This document shows positions 12,390 through 34,519 of a stretch of 64,000 bases of DNA, one piece after another. The translations under genes were made by a program, and so were the position numbers. Source of the DNA: Raillietiella orientalis. Its lineage: Eukaryota. The notes beneath the pieces were generated by a model that worked only from the letters and a program-made list of their open reading frames with translations, was not told the origin of the DNA and did no database searches. The first letter of the stretch is position 1. Each line of letters starts with the position of its first letter. The stretch spans positions 4,526,001 through 4,590,000 of the forward strand of contig JAYWIR010000008.1 in NCBI GenBank assembly GCA_036172245.1, written 5' to 3'.

Positions 12390-15300
12390 TCAGCACGCGT
12401 CGCACGCCTTCCTGCAATATTTGCTCATCCAGGAGGCGTTGGCCTCGCACTGGTTGTCCGCTGCCCACTGGTCGCAGTAGGGGTTGTGGTTCTTGCACTC
12501 GTTCTCTTCAGGAGAGAGAAGAAGGAGCTCTTTGCGGGTGCCCGCAGGGAAGGTTCCACCCCTCCCCCCACCACCACCATCTCCCCCTGCTCACCATCGT
12601 TGACCTGGATGTTGCACATCTTGCAGGAATCCTTGCAGTACACGGTCATATAGGGCGCGTTCAGGACGCACTCATTGCTCAGTGCCCAGGATTTGCACTT
12701 GGGGTTTCTGTCCCTGCAGACCCTACCTGAGAAAACGAGGAGAGGAAGGTGGGGGTAACTGCTGCTCTCTGCCCGACTCGCCCTCCCTCCCTACCCCTAC
12801 CCCCACCCCCACTCTCGCCCTTTTATGCTACCGCAAGTTTTGCAGGACTTCCGGCACACGAGCTCCATGAAGAGGGGATTCTTGGAACACTCATCGCTTT
12901 GGGCCCAGGCCTCGCAGTTGACGTGGCCATCCTTGCACCCTTCTGGACCCACATGAGCTCCGACCCGCGTTCAACGAACGCCTTACCTTCTGGGAAGATG
13001 ATGGGCAGCGTGGAATTTCCTGTAGGCGTGAGTCCCCTCTGGCACTGGTACAGCCTGTTGATCTTCTCCAGGTCGCTCTAACATATTTTGTCTTTGTCAG
13101 AAAACAGGGGGAGGAGGCCTCCCCGGGGGCGGACTCCCGGGGCTGCGTCGTTAGTCTTACGTCACTAAAGTATCTCCTCTGTCCCATTTCGATGCTGTCC
13201 TTCAAGGGGATGATGGTCGGCTTGGAAGAGTCCTTGGCGAAGGCGTAAGGGCCGTAGTGCATGATGGAAGCTGGAGGGTTTCACTTCCTGGAAGTGTCTG
13301 CCCCAGATGCCATCCTCCTACCGACATTGTACTCCACGCCCAGGCTTTGCATCTCGCTCCAGCTGTACTTTTTAAAGTTGTACTCGAGCCCTGAAAGAAT
13401 GGCGGCAATGGAAGCTCCTGAGACGCGGACGTGACAAACCGTCGATGATGTTCTCCCATATGATTTGGATGTAGCCGTCCCTGTCCGGCCTCGACTGCTC
13501 GTGCCAGAACCCGAGGGCATGCATCAGCTCGTGAAGGATGACCCCCAGGTACACACACCCCTGGCCCAGGGAGATATGCTGCTCCCCTCCTTGCCTTCCA
13601 ACGTAGCTAGAGCACCTTCCGGGAGGGCGGAGGCAAAGAATAGAACGGAAGCCTCAGAGGGACGAGGAAGGGAGAGAGGGACGGGCAAAAGGCTTTGAAG
13701 TGAGAGAGAGAAAGGGTGCACGCCCAGGGTACACCTCGGGGAGCAGATCTGCGTTGGGATGCGGTGAGGAAGGGGAGACGGGTCGCCCTCCCTCCGCGGG
13801 CGGGTCTTCGAGGGGGAGGGAGAGGAGGACTCACCCCAAACCCGGAAAAATAGAGATGTAGTCGTTTTGGTGGGTTCTGGGAACGAACTTCAGGCACGTC
13901 TTCTTGTGATACTGGTCCATGGCCTTTGCTATCATGCTGCGATGCTCCTTGGCTGAGGGCAAAAGGGAAAGTTGGAGAGAGAGCCACTGGATGGCACCCG
14001 CTGGGTTCCGGCCTGTGGCAGATTTGAGGGGACCCTTCGAACTCGGCTGCGTCCCCTGGTGAGGAAGGGGGTGAAAGGGACGAGGAGGCATGGATCACCC
14101 CTCCGCTGCCGGGCTCCACAGCCAGCGGGTGGCTCGTTGATCGTCCGGCGGGTGGGAGGCTCGAGATGGGCTCTTCCCGATACACAGCCCTTCATCCCCC
14201 TCCTGGGATCTCTTACGTACCCCTTCCTTTCTTCCCCATCTCAACCCCAAACAACTTCAAAAGCCTTAGGGAGGCAAGGAAGGGAAAGAGGAACGGGGAA
14301 GGAGCTTTCAAGTGAGGGAGAGAAGGAGTGCGCACCTTTGCGGATCAACTCTTCCCACCGCTGCTTCCCCGCAAGCGCTGGCCTCTCCGCGAGGATGTTT
14401 CGACCTCGTCCCTCCACCCCGACCGAGAATCAGAGACCCAACCACTTCCACCTCACCCCCACCCCCATTCTCGGTATGGAAACACTTACCGAATGAACTA
14501 GAGATGGTGTACGGCACTATCCCGCTGGTCCACTTGAGCTTCGGGTTCTGGACGGCGTTCTTGAACTGGAAAGAAAAGGAGGAGGGAAGAGAAGGAAGAC
14601 CACGCCTCCGGAATTCGTTCTTACTAATCCCGGCTCACGCGGCGGCCCTCCAGAACGAGCTCGGCAGATCCGAAGCTATTCCGGCCTTCTGTCGGTCCAG
14701 GGCAGGCGACCGAACGAGCGGGAAGGCCGCCGTAGCATGCGGGAAGGAAGGGGAAGAGGGAAAGGGAAGCACCCCTCACCAGCGAGTCCGGTCCGTCGAT
14801 CTCGTTGAGCCGGGTCAGATTGATCCCCGCGATGTCCCCTTCGAATCCGCCGGCTGCCATCAGAGGGTCGTTCTCGTAGTGGTCTGGAGGATGCTCGGAG
14901 TCTGTAACAGGCAGAGAGACCCTCGTCTTCTGGAGGAGAGGAAGAGGAGGAAGAGGGCTTACCCATTTTCCTTCCGCGGTCGAAGTCCTCCGGTGATAGC
15001 GGGTCTCCAGGAACATCTGCGAGTCTCTGGAGAGGAGGAAAGAGCACATGAAGAATGGCACCCGTGGCACGGAAACGTCCGCTTGCCTGTGCCCTCCCGA
15101 GGTGCAGAGCCGCCATCTTTTTTTTTTTCCTTTTGCGCGCCCAGGGGACACCTCGGGGAGCGGATCTGCGTTGGGATGCGGAGAAGAAAGGGAGACGGAT
15201 CGCCCTCCCGCCGTAGGCGGGTCTTCGAGGGGGAGGGAGAAGAGGACTCACCCCGAACCCAGAAAGATGGAGCTTTTTGTTTTAGGGGGGAACCAGGTGG

Positions 15301-15942
15301 GAAGGTACCACGGACAAGTCGAGAAAGGAAGTGGAGCCTGCATCTGAGGAGGGAGGGATACTGCGCTCACTTCGGAGGAGCGTCCATTCGGAACTGGACC
15401 GAGCGTCTCTTCTGTCTCTTCTGCCACCGTCGCCTCCGCCACGAGGGAGGAAACCATCAAGACCTCTCGGAGTAGTCCTGGGGGAGGGACACGGGAAATC
15501 TTCAGTTCCCGCTCCCCACCCCACACACACTCCGGAGACCGTCCGCTGGAGCGCTGCCACGGGGCAGCAGGGATTCCCCATCCCCACCGACCCCCGAAAC
15601 GGGGATGACAGGAAAGCGCGAGGGAGATAAAGGAAGGGGAGCTCTGTACGGGAGGAAGGAGCCGCATCGCTGCTCTAGGAAGGGAGAAGAACCTCTCCGG
15701 AAATCCGGGAGTCACTGTCTGCAGCCGGAGGGTTGGTCTTCCGTTCCCCGAGGGCACACTCCCTTCCTCCTCCCGCTCCTCCTCCGCGCCCGAAAAGAAG
15801 GGCCGTTCCCCACCCGCCTCACCGTGCTGTCAGCTTCGTTCTTCACGATGTCTGCCTGGTACTGGGCGCCTGCGCTCCCACAGGCAGCTACCAGGAGGCC
15901 TACCAGAAGCTCCACGAGAGGGACGCGAGAGGACCAGCTCAT
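12390..15942 (-). CDS. Astacin (M12A, nas-like) zinc metalloprotease with 3 C-terminal ShK domains, paralog A, 434 aa
   Basis: 12 GT-AG exons: 15942-15823, 15026-14963, 14901-14780, 14565-14490, 13952-13835, 13615-13440, 13390-13322, 13270-13161, 13077-12987, 12942-12832, 12726-12595, 12505-12390 (1305 nt, open). Signal peptide, FEGDI propeptide motif, [15 protein letters not shown] zinc site, SIMHY Met-turn, three 6-Cys ShK repeats (C..WA...C....M...C..SC..C). Confidence 0.95.
13721..13843. repeat. 123-bp direct repeat, copy 1 (exon 5 donor and start of intron 5 of astacin A)
   Basis: Ungapped match to 15138-15260; 11 mismatches counted by hand. Confidence 0.9.
15138..15260. repeat. 123-bp direct repeat, copy 2 (inside intron 1 of astacin A)
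   Basis: Ungapped match to 13721-13843, including the GG|GTGAGT donor. Confidence 0.9.
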
Positions 15943-15988
15943 CCTGCGACTCGTTCCTAGGATTCGGAAGGCCTGGCGCTGAGTCTCT

Positions 15989-16077
15989 CTTATATACCTC
16001 TTCAGGACAGATGTAAAGGTCTCCGAGTGGTCAATACCCTCAATCACGGCATTATGGTGGTACAGATCATGCTGGTT
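15989..16077 (-). promoter_or_regulatory. Promoter of astacin A: ACCAGCATG, E-box CATCTG, TATATAAG
   Basis: Plus-strand cttatata 15989-15996, cagatg 16008-16013, catgctggtt 16068-16077; TATA about 50 nt upstream of the ATG. Confidence 0.7.
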
Positions 16078-17899
16078 TGAACTTGGGGTCTCGCAGAAGA
16101 GCCGTTGCCAAGGGGGAGGGGGAAGGGATCAAAGAACCTCCACGAACAGGGGAGCGACTTGTCCTGTGGGCGATGTGAGACCTGTCATTGGCGTGGTGGA
16201 AGCGGGAAGGGAGAAAAGACAGGAAGTATTCTCTTGGCAACGATGTTTGTCTGTTTGGGCTGAAGTACAGGTTGGTGGTGTCCTGAGCTTCACCTGGAGG
16301 CCGTGACTCGTGGTCGGGTGGCTCTTGTGGAAGTGACGTTGGTTCTTACACCCCTTTCCCTTGTCAATACATCTTTCTTCGGTCTTTGCCTCATCCCTCT
16401 TCTCCCACGACCAGGGCCACTCACCGATGCCCGGCCTTCTCCCACCTGCCCGTTGTGAGTCTGAAGCGTCCTCTTCCAGGGGGGAAATCGAAAGGTACTG
16501 GGAGGATGTGGAAGGAGCGAAATCGGGAGACGAATGGAAGCGGCAGCGAAAAGACGAGACGTCTCAGAGGATAGTGCACCTCAGCTGGCTTCCCTATTCG
16601 CTCGAAAGCGTACAGTTGCCATGGAGCCTTGGGGCAAGTTCCCTTTCCCCTTCCTTTCCTCTCTCCTGCCCTTCCTCGGTGGCGCGCGCCTTGGACAGCG
16701 GGAACCAGATGTCTCCAGGAGAGAACGGGTACTCCCAAGCTCTTTTCCCAGCAACGGCAGGCAGTACGGCTGCGCACCGGGCTTTTCCTGCAGCGCCAGC
16801 ACGAACAACTAGCCCCTCTCCTCAAGGAGGGTCAGAGGGGAGGCGAGCGGCGCCTCTGGAAAGGGGGGGGGGACCTAGGGAGTCTCCAAGAGTGGCAGCG
16901 ACTGCGGAGCCTCGCTCCGCCCTCTTCCCACCGCCCTTCACCCGCCCGCAGGACGATGGAAGCGGAAGCGCGACCCCACTTCCTGCTCATCGGAAGAGGG
17001 ACCGCGCCGGTGAACCGCGGCCCACGTCACCGCCGGAGGGCGGGGTGGGGGAGGAGGGAAGTTCTGCCTACGTTCCGTTCGCGAGCACTGAGTTCACGGA
17101 GAAGCATCGGAGACACCCCATCCACCGTGCAGTCACGGAAGAGGGGCCACTTGGTGTCCAGAAAGGGTTCCCACCCTTTCTGGACACCAAGGGTGATTCC
17201 CCCGGGTGCGCTCAAGTGTCTCGGGGCCCTCCCGCCAGAAGTATCCATCATCATCAGGCGGCGGAAGGAAATCGACGGGACGCCAGTTTCTCTTCCTCCG
17301 AAATGGGGGTGTAGGAGTCCCTCGTGATCCCCGACCCTCCACCAGGTTGGCTGGTGGGCAAAGGGGACGGGAGGAGGCGTTGGGAAGCACCGGAGAGCGC
17401 CCAGGGGGCAGCTCTCTCTGCGGTTTTGGCGAGTGCCACACGGAAGGTCGCCCGGTGCCGGTCTCGGACGAGAGGTGTTGCTTGGCAACGCCCCTGCGTG
17501 CCGACTGCGAAGCGAGGTTCCGATTCCTTCGCTCTCCAGGAGAACGACCGCACTCCAGGAAGGAGTGGGGCTGCCTCTTTCGGTGAGCTCTCCTCTCTGC
17601 TCCTCATCCCACCCTCCGGAAGAGGCCCGGAGGACTTTGGAAGTCGGAAATGAGCGAAGGAGAGGGGAGAGGAGCTACTTCCTGGAGGCCACCTCTTCGT
17701 GACGCTCTCGGGAGCGCTCCTGATTCTCCCCCTCAGAGCATTCTTCTGGTAGCCGCCACCACGCCTCCAGAGATCCTCCGGGGCGCTGGGAAGACCGTGA
17801 GTCCACCGCGGAAGCGGCTCCTCTCGAGTCCCCTGACCTCGTCCCAACCCTCATTTTCGCCCAGGCACCTACGCTGGATGCGACCTCTGTCGTGGCGCC

Positions 17900-18465
17900 G
17901 TCGGAAGGGATTGACGAGCAGGGAGGGGGAGAGGTGCGGCAGGCCGGCCTCCCCCCTCCCTGCTCGACGAGGGAAGGAACGGTCGCTCCACGGCTGTCAC
18001 CACTGCCTCCCTGTGGTCGTCGTGGTCAACCGGAGTCTAGAGAGTCCAGGAGCGGCGGCGGTGGCTGTAGCGGCGGCTCAAGAGGCTGCGCGCGCGCGCC
18101 GATCCTGGAGCATCCGCTCGCTCCCTGACGAAGTTCAAGGCTATCCAGGAGCCGTTTCTACTTTGACCGAAGCCGCCAACGGTCGCCCGAGAGCTGCCGC
18201 TGTGCGCGTGGAGAAATCTGGGGAGGAGGATGGGTAGAGGGGGATGGGATGAGTAGAGGGGAAGCCGAGCGGAGGTAGAAGGGAGATGAGAAACAAGAGC
18301 TCGTCCAGAAGGGCAGAGGAGGCTTCCCGTACGCTCCTCCTTCTCTCCGCTTTCTCGATCGATCCCGTCTACCACAGACCCCCTCGTCCCCTTCGCACCC
18401 AACCTGCGAGACCTTTCGGCGGCCTGTAGGTCCACGCACATTGAAGGAAGGTAGGCAGAGGTCTC
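17900..18465 (-). mobile_element. Degraded LINE apurinic-like endonuclease N-terminus
   Basis: Minus strand reads LCLPSFNVRGPTGRRKV, the (S/T)xNVRG start motif of LINE ORF2 endonucleases; downstream is frameshifted and the boundaries are approximate. Confidence 0.45.
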
Positions 18466-19899
18466 AGTCCCATGTTGAGGGGTTACAAGGAAACCTCTCA
18501 GCCACCTCAACCCAGGGAGAAGTCGGCCGCAGTCCAGGATGAGGGGGAGGAGAGTGGAAACGGAGCGAGAAGGGGAGGGGAGAGGGGAAGGCCTATCCCA
18601 GGTCACTGAGGGGCTTGTCGACCCCGAGGTGGATCGAGGGCGCACGAGAGGGAAGGAGGGCGGGAGACCGCGGGGGGGGAGGGGAGCGGTCGCAGCGATC
18701 GATGCAGGAGAGAGCGAAACGCCCTCATCCCCATCGCCTCGGTCTGCCCGCTGCCTCGGCGTCGGAGAGCACGTGCTGTGAAAGCGACGGACCCGCCGGC
18801 CGCAAGGAGAAGCGGAAGAGGGAATCGGGAAGTCCCTCGCTCCGCCACATCGGAGAGGCTTCCCTGTTCTTCCCCGGCGATCGAAGGCTAGCGATTGAGG
18901 ACTCCTCAGCCGTCCCCACGCCCTTTCCCCTTTCCTCCCCTCTCTCCTCCGGACCCGTCGCAGGGAGGGCGGACCGGCGCTTTTCCGAGATGACGGGGGG
19001 CGGAGGGGGAATAAAGTCAGCCTCCCTCATGAGGGGCGAGACCGTGGGTTCCCGGAGGACCGCCTCTCCCTCCCTCCCCTCCCTAGCTCGCACAACTGCC
19101 TTCCGGGCTCGAGCCCCAGTCCAGCGCCTTTCCTCCCACAAGGGGTGTCAGACAGGGGAGGAATGGAATCCTCTCCGGCTCACGAGAGGGAAAGGGAGGG
19201 CTCCCTCGCTCTCTGGCGGGGGAGGCGAGGAACGAACGGGAAGAAGGTTGTCGCTCTGGCACCAGTCTGGGAGCCTCCGCCTCCCGTTAGGGAGGGGAGG
19301 GAGACTTGCAGGGAATGCGAGGGAGCCAAAAATTCGAACGCGGTCGGCGCCCTCGGAAGGAAGGAGAGGAGGGCAAAGGAGGACCGTCCTTCTTCCCGGA
19401 ATTCCATCCCATTGGGCATCCTCCCCCCTTCCCAGGTCCCCCTTTCCTCCATGGCGCGAAGAAAGCGAGTGCCGAGGCGACGATGACCGAACCCCGGGCG
19501 ACGTTGACCCCTTTCGGGCAGTTCCTCGTGCCTTAAGAGCGGGGTTCGTGCGCGCTGTTATTCCTGCCTCTTTATTCCTCGAGAGATCCCGGGCCAAGGG
19601 AACACTTCAGAGGGAGAGAAGCCAGCGGGACGCGCGCGGATCGATCGCCTGGGACCGCGTCGGACGCGCGAGAAGGACGCCGACCAAGGGAAGGAATGCG
19701 TGCTGCCATCTAGCGTCGAGTCGACCAATCACAAGCGGTTCGCGGGCGATCGGGCCTTCTCGGAGTCCCTGAAAGTCTCGGCACCAGGGCCAGCTCTGTT
19801 TCTCACCAATCCCCAGGTTCCCGGCAAGCGCGGCTTCGTGGCTTCCCGAGTCGCCTTCCCGTCTCTCGTCGCCCTGTCTCCTCCCTCGAGAAGTTAGAA

Positions 19900-22750
19900 G
19901 AAATGCCCGTTTGCTGTTGAGCTTCCGGGAAAGTCCCGTAAAAAGACAGCCCCGGTGTCGCGTGAAACAGACCCGGTTCCTGTCTGACCCTACATGCTTA
20001 CTTCAGGACCCTGAAGATTGTCACCGGTAGAGACCAGCGGACCAGCGGACCTCGACTGTCCCTCCCCCCCCGCCGACCCAGCTCCTCCCGCCGGGAAGAA
20101 GCAGCGAATCGTGTCATTCCAGCCGGGCGAATCGCCCCTGGCTCCTCAATTCACCTGAAAGCTCCCCGTCGTCCTCATGAAGCAGAGGATTTTCCAGAAA
20201 TCACTCCAAACTGTTTGCTTGCCTCCTCGATCGCTCCCCCTCCCCGCCCACCCCACGGCACGGCAGCGGTCCCGCCAGCAGGCGAATCCAGCTTCTCCCT
20301 CCACTTGAAGTTTTCGCACCCGTCGTCGCGGACGCATGGGAGGAGGGGGATGGGATAGAGGGGCTTCCAGCAGGATTCGCCGGAGTGCCCCTGATGCTCC
20401 TAGCGCCATCCCGCGTCCTTCCTGAAGGAGGCGATTCCTTCCAAGATTGAACGGGCGACTCGTGCTCGGGACAGCGGCGATCTCAGAGAGATTCCTCCGC
20501 CCCCGCTCCCAGGAAGCGAGTCAGACGTCTTTTCTTGAGACAGGTCGCCGTCCCTGGTCGGGAGGCCCTGAGACGCCGATCATGCCTCGCCGTTGGACTT
20601 TCCAGCACCCAAGGATGAGAAGCGCCTCTGGCGTCCAGGGATGGGCGGATCGGGGATGAAGAACTTCTGCGCCGAGGCGCCTGAGCCAAGACCTAGAGCG
20701 TTTGCGATGACGAGCTTGCAGTGAGCTAAGAGTAAGATCATCTGGGTTTCGAGACTGAGACTGGGGTCGGGGCATCAAGACAAAATCGCGCGGGATGCAG
20801 CTGGACCAAAGAGATGGTCTGAAGGACGCCTGATTCGAAAAATGAGTCGAAGAGACGTGCAGCCGCATCACTGGAGGAGAGACTCCCTCCCCCTTTTTTC
20901 GGATCCAGAAGGCGGCGGCCGTTTGGGCTCCTTCCCGCGTAGCACGCCTCTCGCCTTCCCGCGTCCCCTCTTCCTTTGCTCGATAGAGGTGGTAACGGCC
21001 CACTGCCGCTTCTGAGGCGGCCCAGGACATTTGTTTCTCCTCTCCCCTCCTCCTCGTTCCTAAAAGGAACTGAGCGAAAGACGAGGGTGAGGGAGTTCCA
21101 GCAGCCTACGGGCGAGACGTGAGGACTGGAAAACATGTGGGAATGCCGCACGGGGGAACACAGGGAGAAGCGGGAGTGAGTAGGAGGGAAGGCGCCGCTC
21201 ATGTTCTCCGCGGGTGCAGGCGTTCTTCACGACGAAGGATGCCCTTGCGCTAGGATCTGCATCGAAGGTTGAACTGAGCGCGGGAGCGAAAAGGAGAAGG
21301 AGAGCGTTGCCTGGCAACGTGTCGCGCGCGCGCTGAGAACTTCCTGGAGGAGGATTGCACGCAAAGACAAACGGACTGGTGTCTGAGACAGCTCGCAGCA
21401 GCTCGCACGGACTCAGCGATGCCTTGGATGTTTCCATGGCTGCAACATCCTCCATCCCAGACCCTCAGTCCCCACGCAGATCTCTTCACCCTCCTTAGCG
21501 GAGGGAGAAGGGGGAGAATAGTGCTCCCTTCTGTCTGGGCTCTCCTTGGATCCCTGAGAAGGCGGAGAGGCAAGGGAACTTTAATCCCTGACGATGAATC
21601 CCCCTTTCCTCAATCCTTCACAGCAGCGGGATAGCGCCAATTGGAATCAGCAGGAAGGGGAGGAAGAGTCGGTCTCCAAGGTGGATGAGTTCCGTTGCCT
21701 GGAGGTGGAATTCTGGTTAGCCACCTTCCTTTTTTACCACTGCCCAGAGAGAGATTTCTCTTGAAACCCAAGAGCCTCCGTGCGCTTGCTTGAGGTTCTC
21801 TGGAAAGCTTCCCCTGCAAAGGGCTTCGCGACACTTTGCTAGGCAACGTGTCTGCTTCTTTCCCGAACCCGATCCGACTTTCACCATACCCTTTCGGAGA
21901 GGAAAGCTGCCCTCGGCCGAGAAGCTGGTCGGTCGGTCTCGCCGTCCTTCTTGGAGCAGCAGTGAGGGATCAGAGGTCTGTCCATCCCTGACTTGGGAAC
22001 GTCAGAGGGTTTCCAAGGAAACAGATACCCTCAGGGAGGACACCCGACCACCTCCAAGAGAAGAGACCACAGCCTTCGGAAGCCCACTGAGCAGCGAAGG
22101 CGGAAGCTGGGTCCACTGGGTTGCCCAGCGACGGTGCTCCCTTGCTTCCCGAGCGAGACACTGTGTGCTCCCCCATGCCCACCCACGCATCCGTCCTGCG
22201 TCAGAGAGGAAGGAGGTGGGGAGGGGAAAGAACGCTTCCCCTCTTGTTCTCCTCCTCCTCTTTCCCGAGAGATCCCTCTTGGCAAACCCCGCCGTCCGGT
22301 GAAAAGGGAAATTCCGCGTTCGTCACACCGCTGCCAGAGAGCAGCACCGACTGTCGACGGGAAGCCCGGAACCCTCGCTGTCCCGGGGAGCTGAGCACAC
22401 TACCTACTGCCTCGCCTTGAGAACGAGCAAGGACTTCCTCTCCCGCCCCGTCCCGCCCCTGGTGGAGGACCGCGCAGCCTTGGCGAGACTGCAGCCGCTC
22501 CGGAACGTCCAGTTCCCCTCTTCTCCACCCTCACGGCTTCCCTCGGTCTCCACCGCCTATCCTTGCTTCCTCCTCCGTTTGATCGGACCACTCAAGCGGA
22601 GTGAATTTATCCGCTGCATGTCTCCTAGCCAAGCATCGTCCTACCATCGGGTCAGCTGGAGGATACCCATGACCCTCTGTCGCCAGTGAACGGCACGTTC
22701 TCTGTCTCGAAGGTCGGTTGGGGGCGTCCTCTCTGGACCTTGCTTGGTCA
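19900..22750 (+). mobile_element. Degraded L1/Tx1-like ORF2 (reverse transcriptase) relic between astacins A and B
   Basis: Ordered decayed motifs: T*KLPVVL (WKLN.SLL) ~20150, GIKTKSR...FEK ~20770-20840, LSP..DLFTL ~21465-21490, LIPDD (YADD position) ~21585, DEFRCLEV (F.YLG) ~21690, RVSW...LC ~22650. Many stops and frameshifts. Confidence 0.5.
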
Positions 22751-23180
22751 GACCACTCGAGAGATTCCGATGCCCTCCCCGTATCCCTCGAGGCTTACTC
22801 GTGAGGGTTATTGGGGAGGGTTCTCTGTAGAACCTCCCTTTTCTCCAACGACTCCTCCGCCGTGGGGCGCTCTTGAGCTCTCCCGCTGGGGAGCGGCCGA
22901 ATGCCCGCCAAAGGACCTGGCCAGAAATCGTAGACTGCGGTCTCCGAGCACTCCGGGAAAGCCACTCTTGCAGGAAAAAGCGGCCGGACCCACGCAAGGG
23001 CGTCCTTTTTCTAACCCCCCCGCAGGCGAAAGTGGCGCCGGAGCCTCCAGTCGCCGCCTCGACCAGGAGCGCCGTCCACTCTGCTAGCGGCGTCCGGCCG
23101 CCATCATCGCCTGGCCCCTTCCTGTCCTCCCCCTTTCCCCGGCCCTCAAGCTCCCCCCTCTGCTTGTTCCGGCCTTCCTC

Positions 23181-23186
23181 TTTATT
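23181..23186 (-). terminator. Polyadenylation signal AATAAA of astacin B
   Basis: Plus-strand tttatt about 50 nt downstream of the stop codon at 23238. Confidence 0.65.
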
Positions 23187-23237
23187 GACCTTCCGCGTGG
23201 GATGCTGCGTTTCCTCCTCGGAGCAGCTGGCGCTCCT

Positions 23238-32447
<9,210 letters not shown>

Positions 32448-32504
32448 CTCGGCCCAACGGCAGCAAAGCATCCGGATGAGTACGAGGAGGACACAGGGCA
32501 GTTC

Positions 32505-32571
32505 TTTTATATCCTCAGAGAGGTTCAGGTGTTTCAGGATCGGTTAGACACCCCTGTCCAGCATGCTGGTT
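32505..32571 (-). promoter_or_regulatory. Promoter of astacin B: ACCAGCATG, E-box CACCTG, TATAAAA
   Basis: Plus-strand ttttata 32505-32511, caggtg 32526-32531, catgctggtt 32562-32571; TATA about 60 nt upstream of the ATG at 32447. Confidence 0.7.
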
Positions 32572-32989
32572 GCGGTCTCTTGTGTTGATACCTAGTAATA
32601 ACCGATATTCCGCCCGCACGGCAGTATTGACCCTTCTGATACTGCGCCGAGAAGGTCAGTGCCACAGGTTCATTGAATTCCCTTCTATCGTTGGTTTCCA
32701 ACCCTTGCTTTGTGCGGTCGTCTCGATCTCTCGAGATCATGGAGGGACCTTGCAGATGGACCTGCTGGCTTTTCCCCCCTGACAGCCAGCGGAAAGGCAG
32801 CTGAAGAGATTCCGACCAGGGACCTTGAAGTCAACAGATGGTTGGATCCGAGCATCGTCTGTGCCAGAGGACGGCTGCCTTTGACCTCGGGATCCGCCTT
32901 CGAGATGCGCGGAAGGAGCGACTTGACCTCAGGAACGCGCAAGGCAGGGGAAGCAGTCGAAGAAAAGCAGAACTCCAGTCTTCGGAAGA

Positions 32990-33512
32990 AACCCCGGAGG
33001 GAACCTCTTCTTTCTTCTCTCCGGAAGGACCCACCAGTTTGTGGGGACCGCTCAAAAAGAACGCAGAAAGGATCCGCTCCTTGTTTCCTCATCCTCTGAA
33101 GGGACACATCCTAATTTTCTCTGAAGGGTCTCTCCTCGAAGGGAACAGAGCACTTTATACTCTGGAGAGGTATCAACCAACCAGCTCCTTGGTACGCAAT
33201 GAAGGGTCACCCCCCGAAGGAGAGGAAGACTCCATTTGCACAACCGGAGGGGAGTCCCGAAGGGGACCGGCTTCTTGATTTCTGAAAGGAATCCCGGAAG
33301 GTCGACTTCCAATCCCGGTAGTTGACGGGGACATCTGGCTTCCATCGGTGGCGCACCCGAATAGACCAACCAACGTCATCCTGCGACAGGGACTCGAAAT
33401 CCGCGATGAAACCTGATTTCTCTGGCGTCGATCGTTCTTCAGGTGGGATTCGAACCTGTGACGCTTGGTACCTCGCGCGGAGGCCGCAACCGCGTAGACG
33501 CCAACGCGGGAG
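32990..33512 (-). mobile_element. tRNA-headed SINE copy
   Basis: Perfect Pol III B-box GGTTCGAATCC at 33456-33446; body aligns with 9.9-11.0 kb and 39.5-40.2 kb. Confidence 0.7.
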
Positions 33513-33959
33513 TGAAGAGGATGCAGGAGACAACTAGGCGTTCTCCCGTTTTCTCCACGTGGAATCTAGGGATGCCCAGTTATCTGATTGCTGCATTATT
33601 TCGGGGAACCCGAGGGCTTCCGACCACAAGAGCGTGCACTTTGGCTTGAAGTCATTTTCGTACGATCTCGGGTGGCCTCCTCCAACTTCTGGCCATGTCG
33701 GCGCCCTTTCTCCACCCTCAGACGGGGAAGCAATACCCATTTTCCCCTTGCCCGAGACCAGGTCTGGCCGAAGTGCGGACCCGGCACCAGAGATTCGCCG
33801 TTTTTCCTCTCCACTGAATTCCATCCCGCTGTCCAAAGTTGCAGTATCCTCGATCCTCTCCGCTATGGAGTCATGGCGCCCAGCTGTGTACGCACGGGGT
33901 GAACGCCTTCTCATGCATTGGTCCGGGACGTGAGGCAGAGCTCCGTTTAACAACGTCCA

Positions 33960-34519
33960 CACGGGCAATCTGCTTCCAAAAGGGTTTGCTTTTGGTGGAC
34001 TTTGTGGAGTCTGGAACTTCGCAAGTCCATTGTGTAGAAACACTTGCGAAACTGCGGCGTGCTATTCAGCAGAACCGACGACGTGGGATGCTGAGATCAG
34101 GAATTGCTCTTCTCCTTCACAACAGCGCGCACCTTGACAACACACGCTGTCCTCACATTCCAGACAATTCGAAAATCCCAATAGGAACTTTTTGATCATC
34201 CACCTTGCAGCCCAATGACTACCACGTCTTCCTGCACCTCAAGAAGTGGCTCAACGATTCGAGGGGGAAAGTGAGGAGTGGAAAACTGCAGTGCTGATGA
34301 AGTGGCTGAACTCCCAGCCAGCGGAATTTGATGCAGAGGGTTCCAAAAAGCTTCTTCAAACGGTGTCAAGAGGTTTCAAAGGTGTTCGGAAAAAAAATGG
34401 TGACTACGTAGAAAAATGACATATGGATGTTTCGAAGCACCAATACATATTTTTGTTCCTCTTATTTGTTGTTCTTTCTTTACATCCGATCGTCCCTTCC
34501 TTTTGAAATGAGCATCGTA
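33960..34519 (+). mobile_element. Mariner transposase pseudogene, 3' half, with probable right terminus
   Basis: GLLLVDF...ETLAKLRRAIQQNRRRGMLRSGIALLLHN, a decayed HPP..P..DYHVFLHLKKWL block and terminal NGDYVEK* (stop 34417-34419); ends ...ttttgaaatgagcatcgTA like mariner TIRs. Confidence 0.85.

Noticed and set aside
15371..15477. Extra exon in intron 1 of astacin A (good AG and GTGAG sites)
   Set aside because: 107 nt with an in-frame TGA when joined in phase 0; exon 1 joins exon 2 cleanly without it.
33440..33512. Functional tRNA gene
   Set aside because: The B-box is perfect, but the acceptor and anticodon stems do not pair, there is no oligo-T terminator and it is fused to a repeated body; treated as a SINE head.
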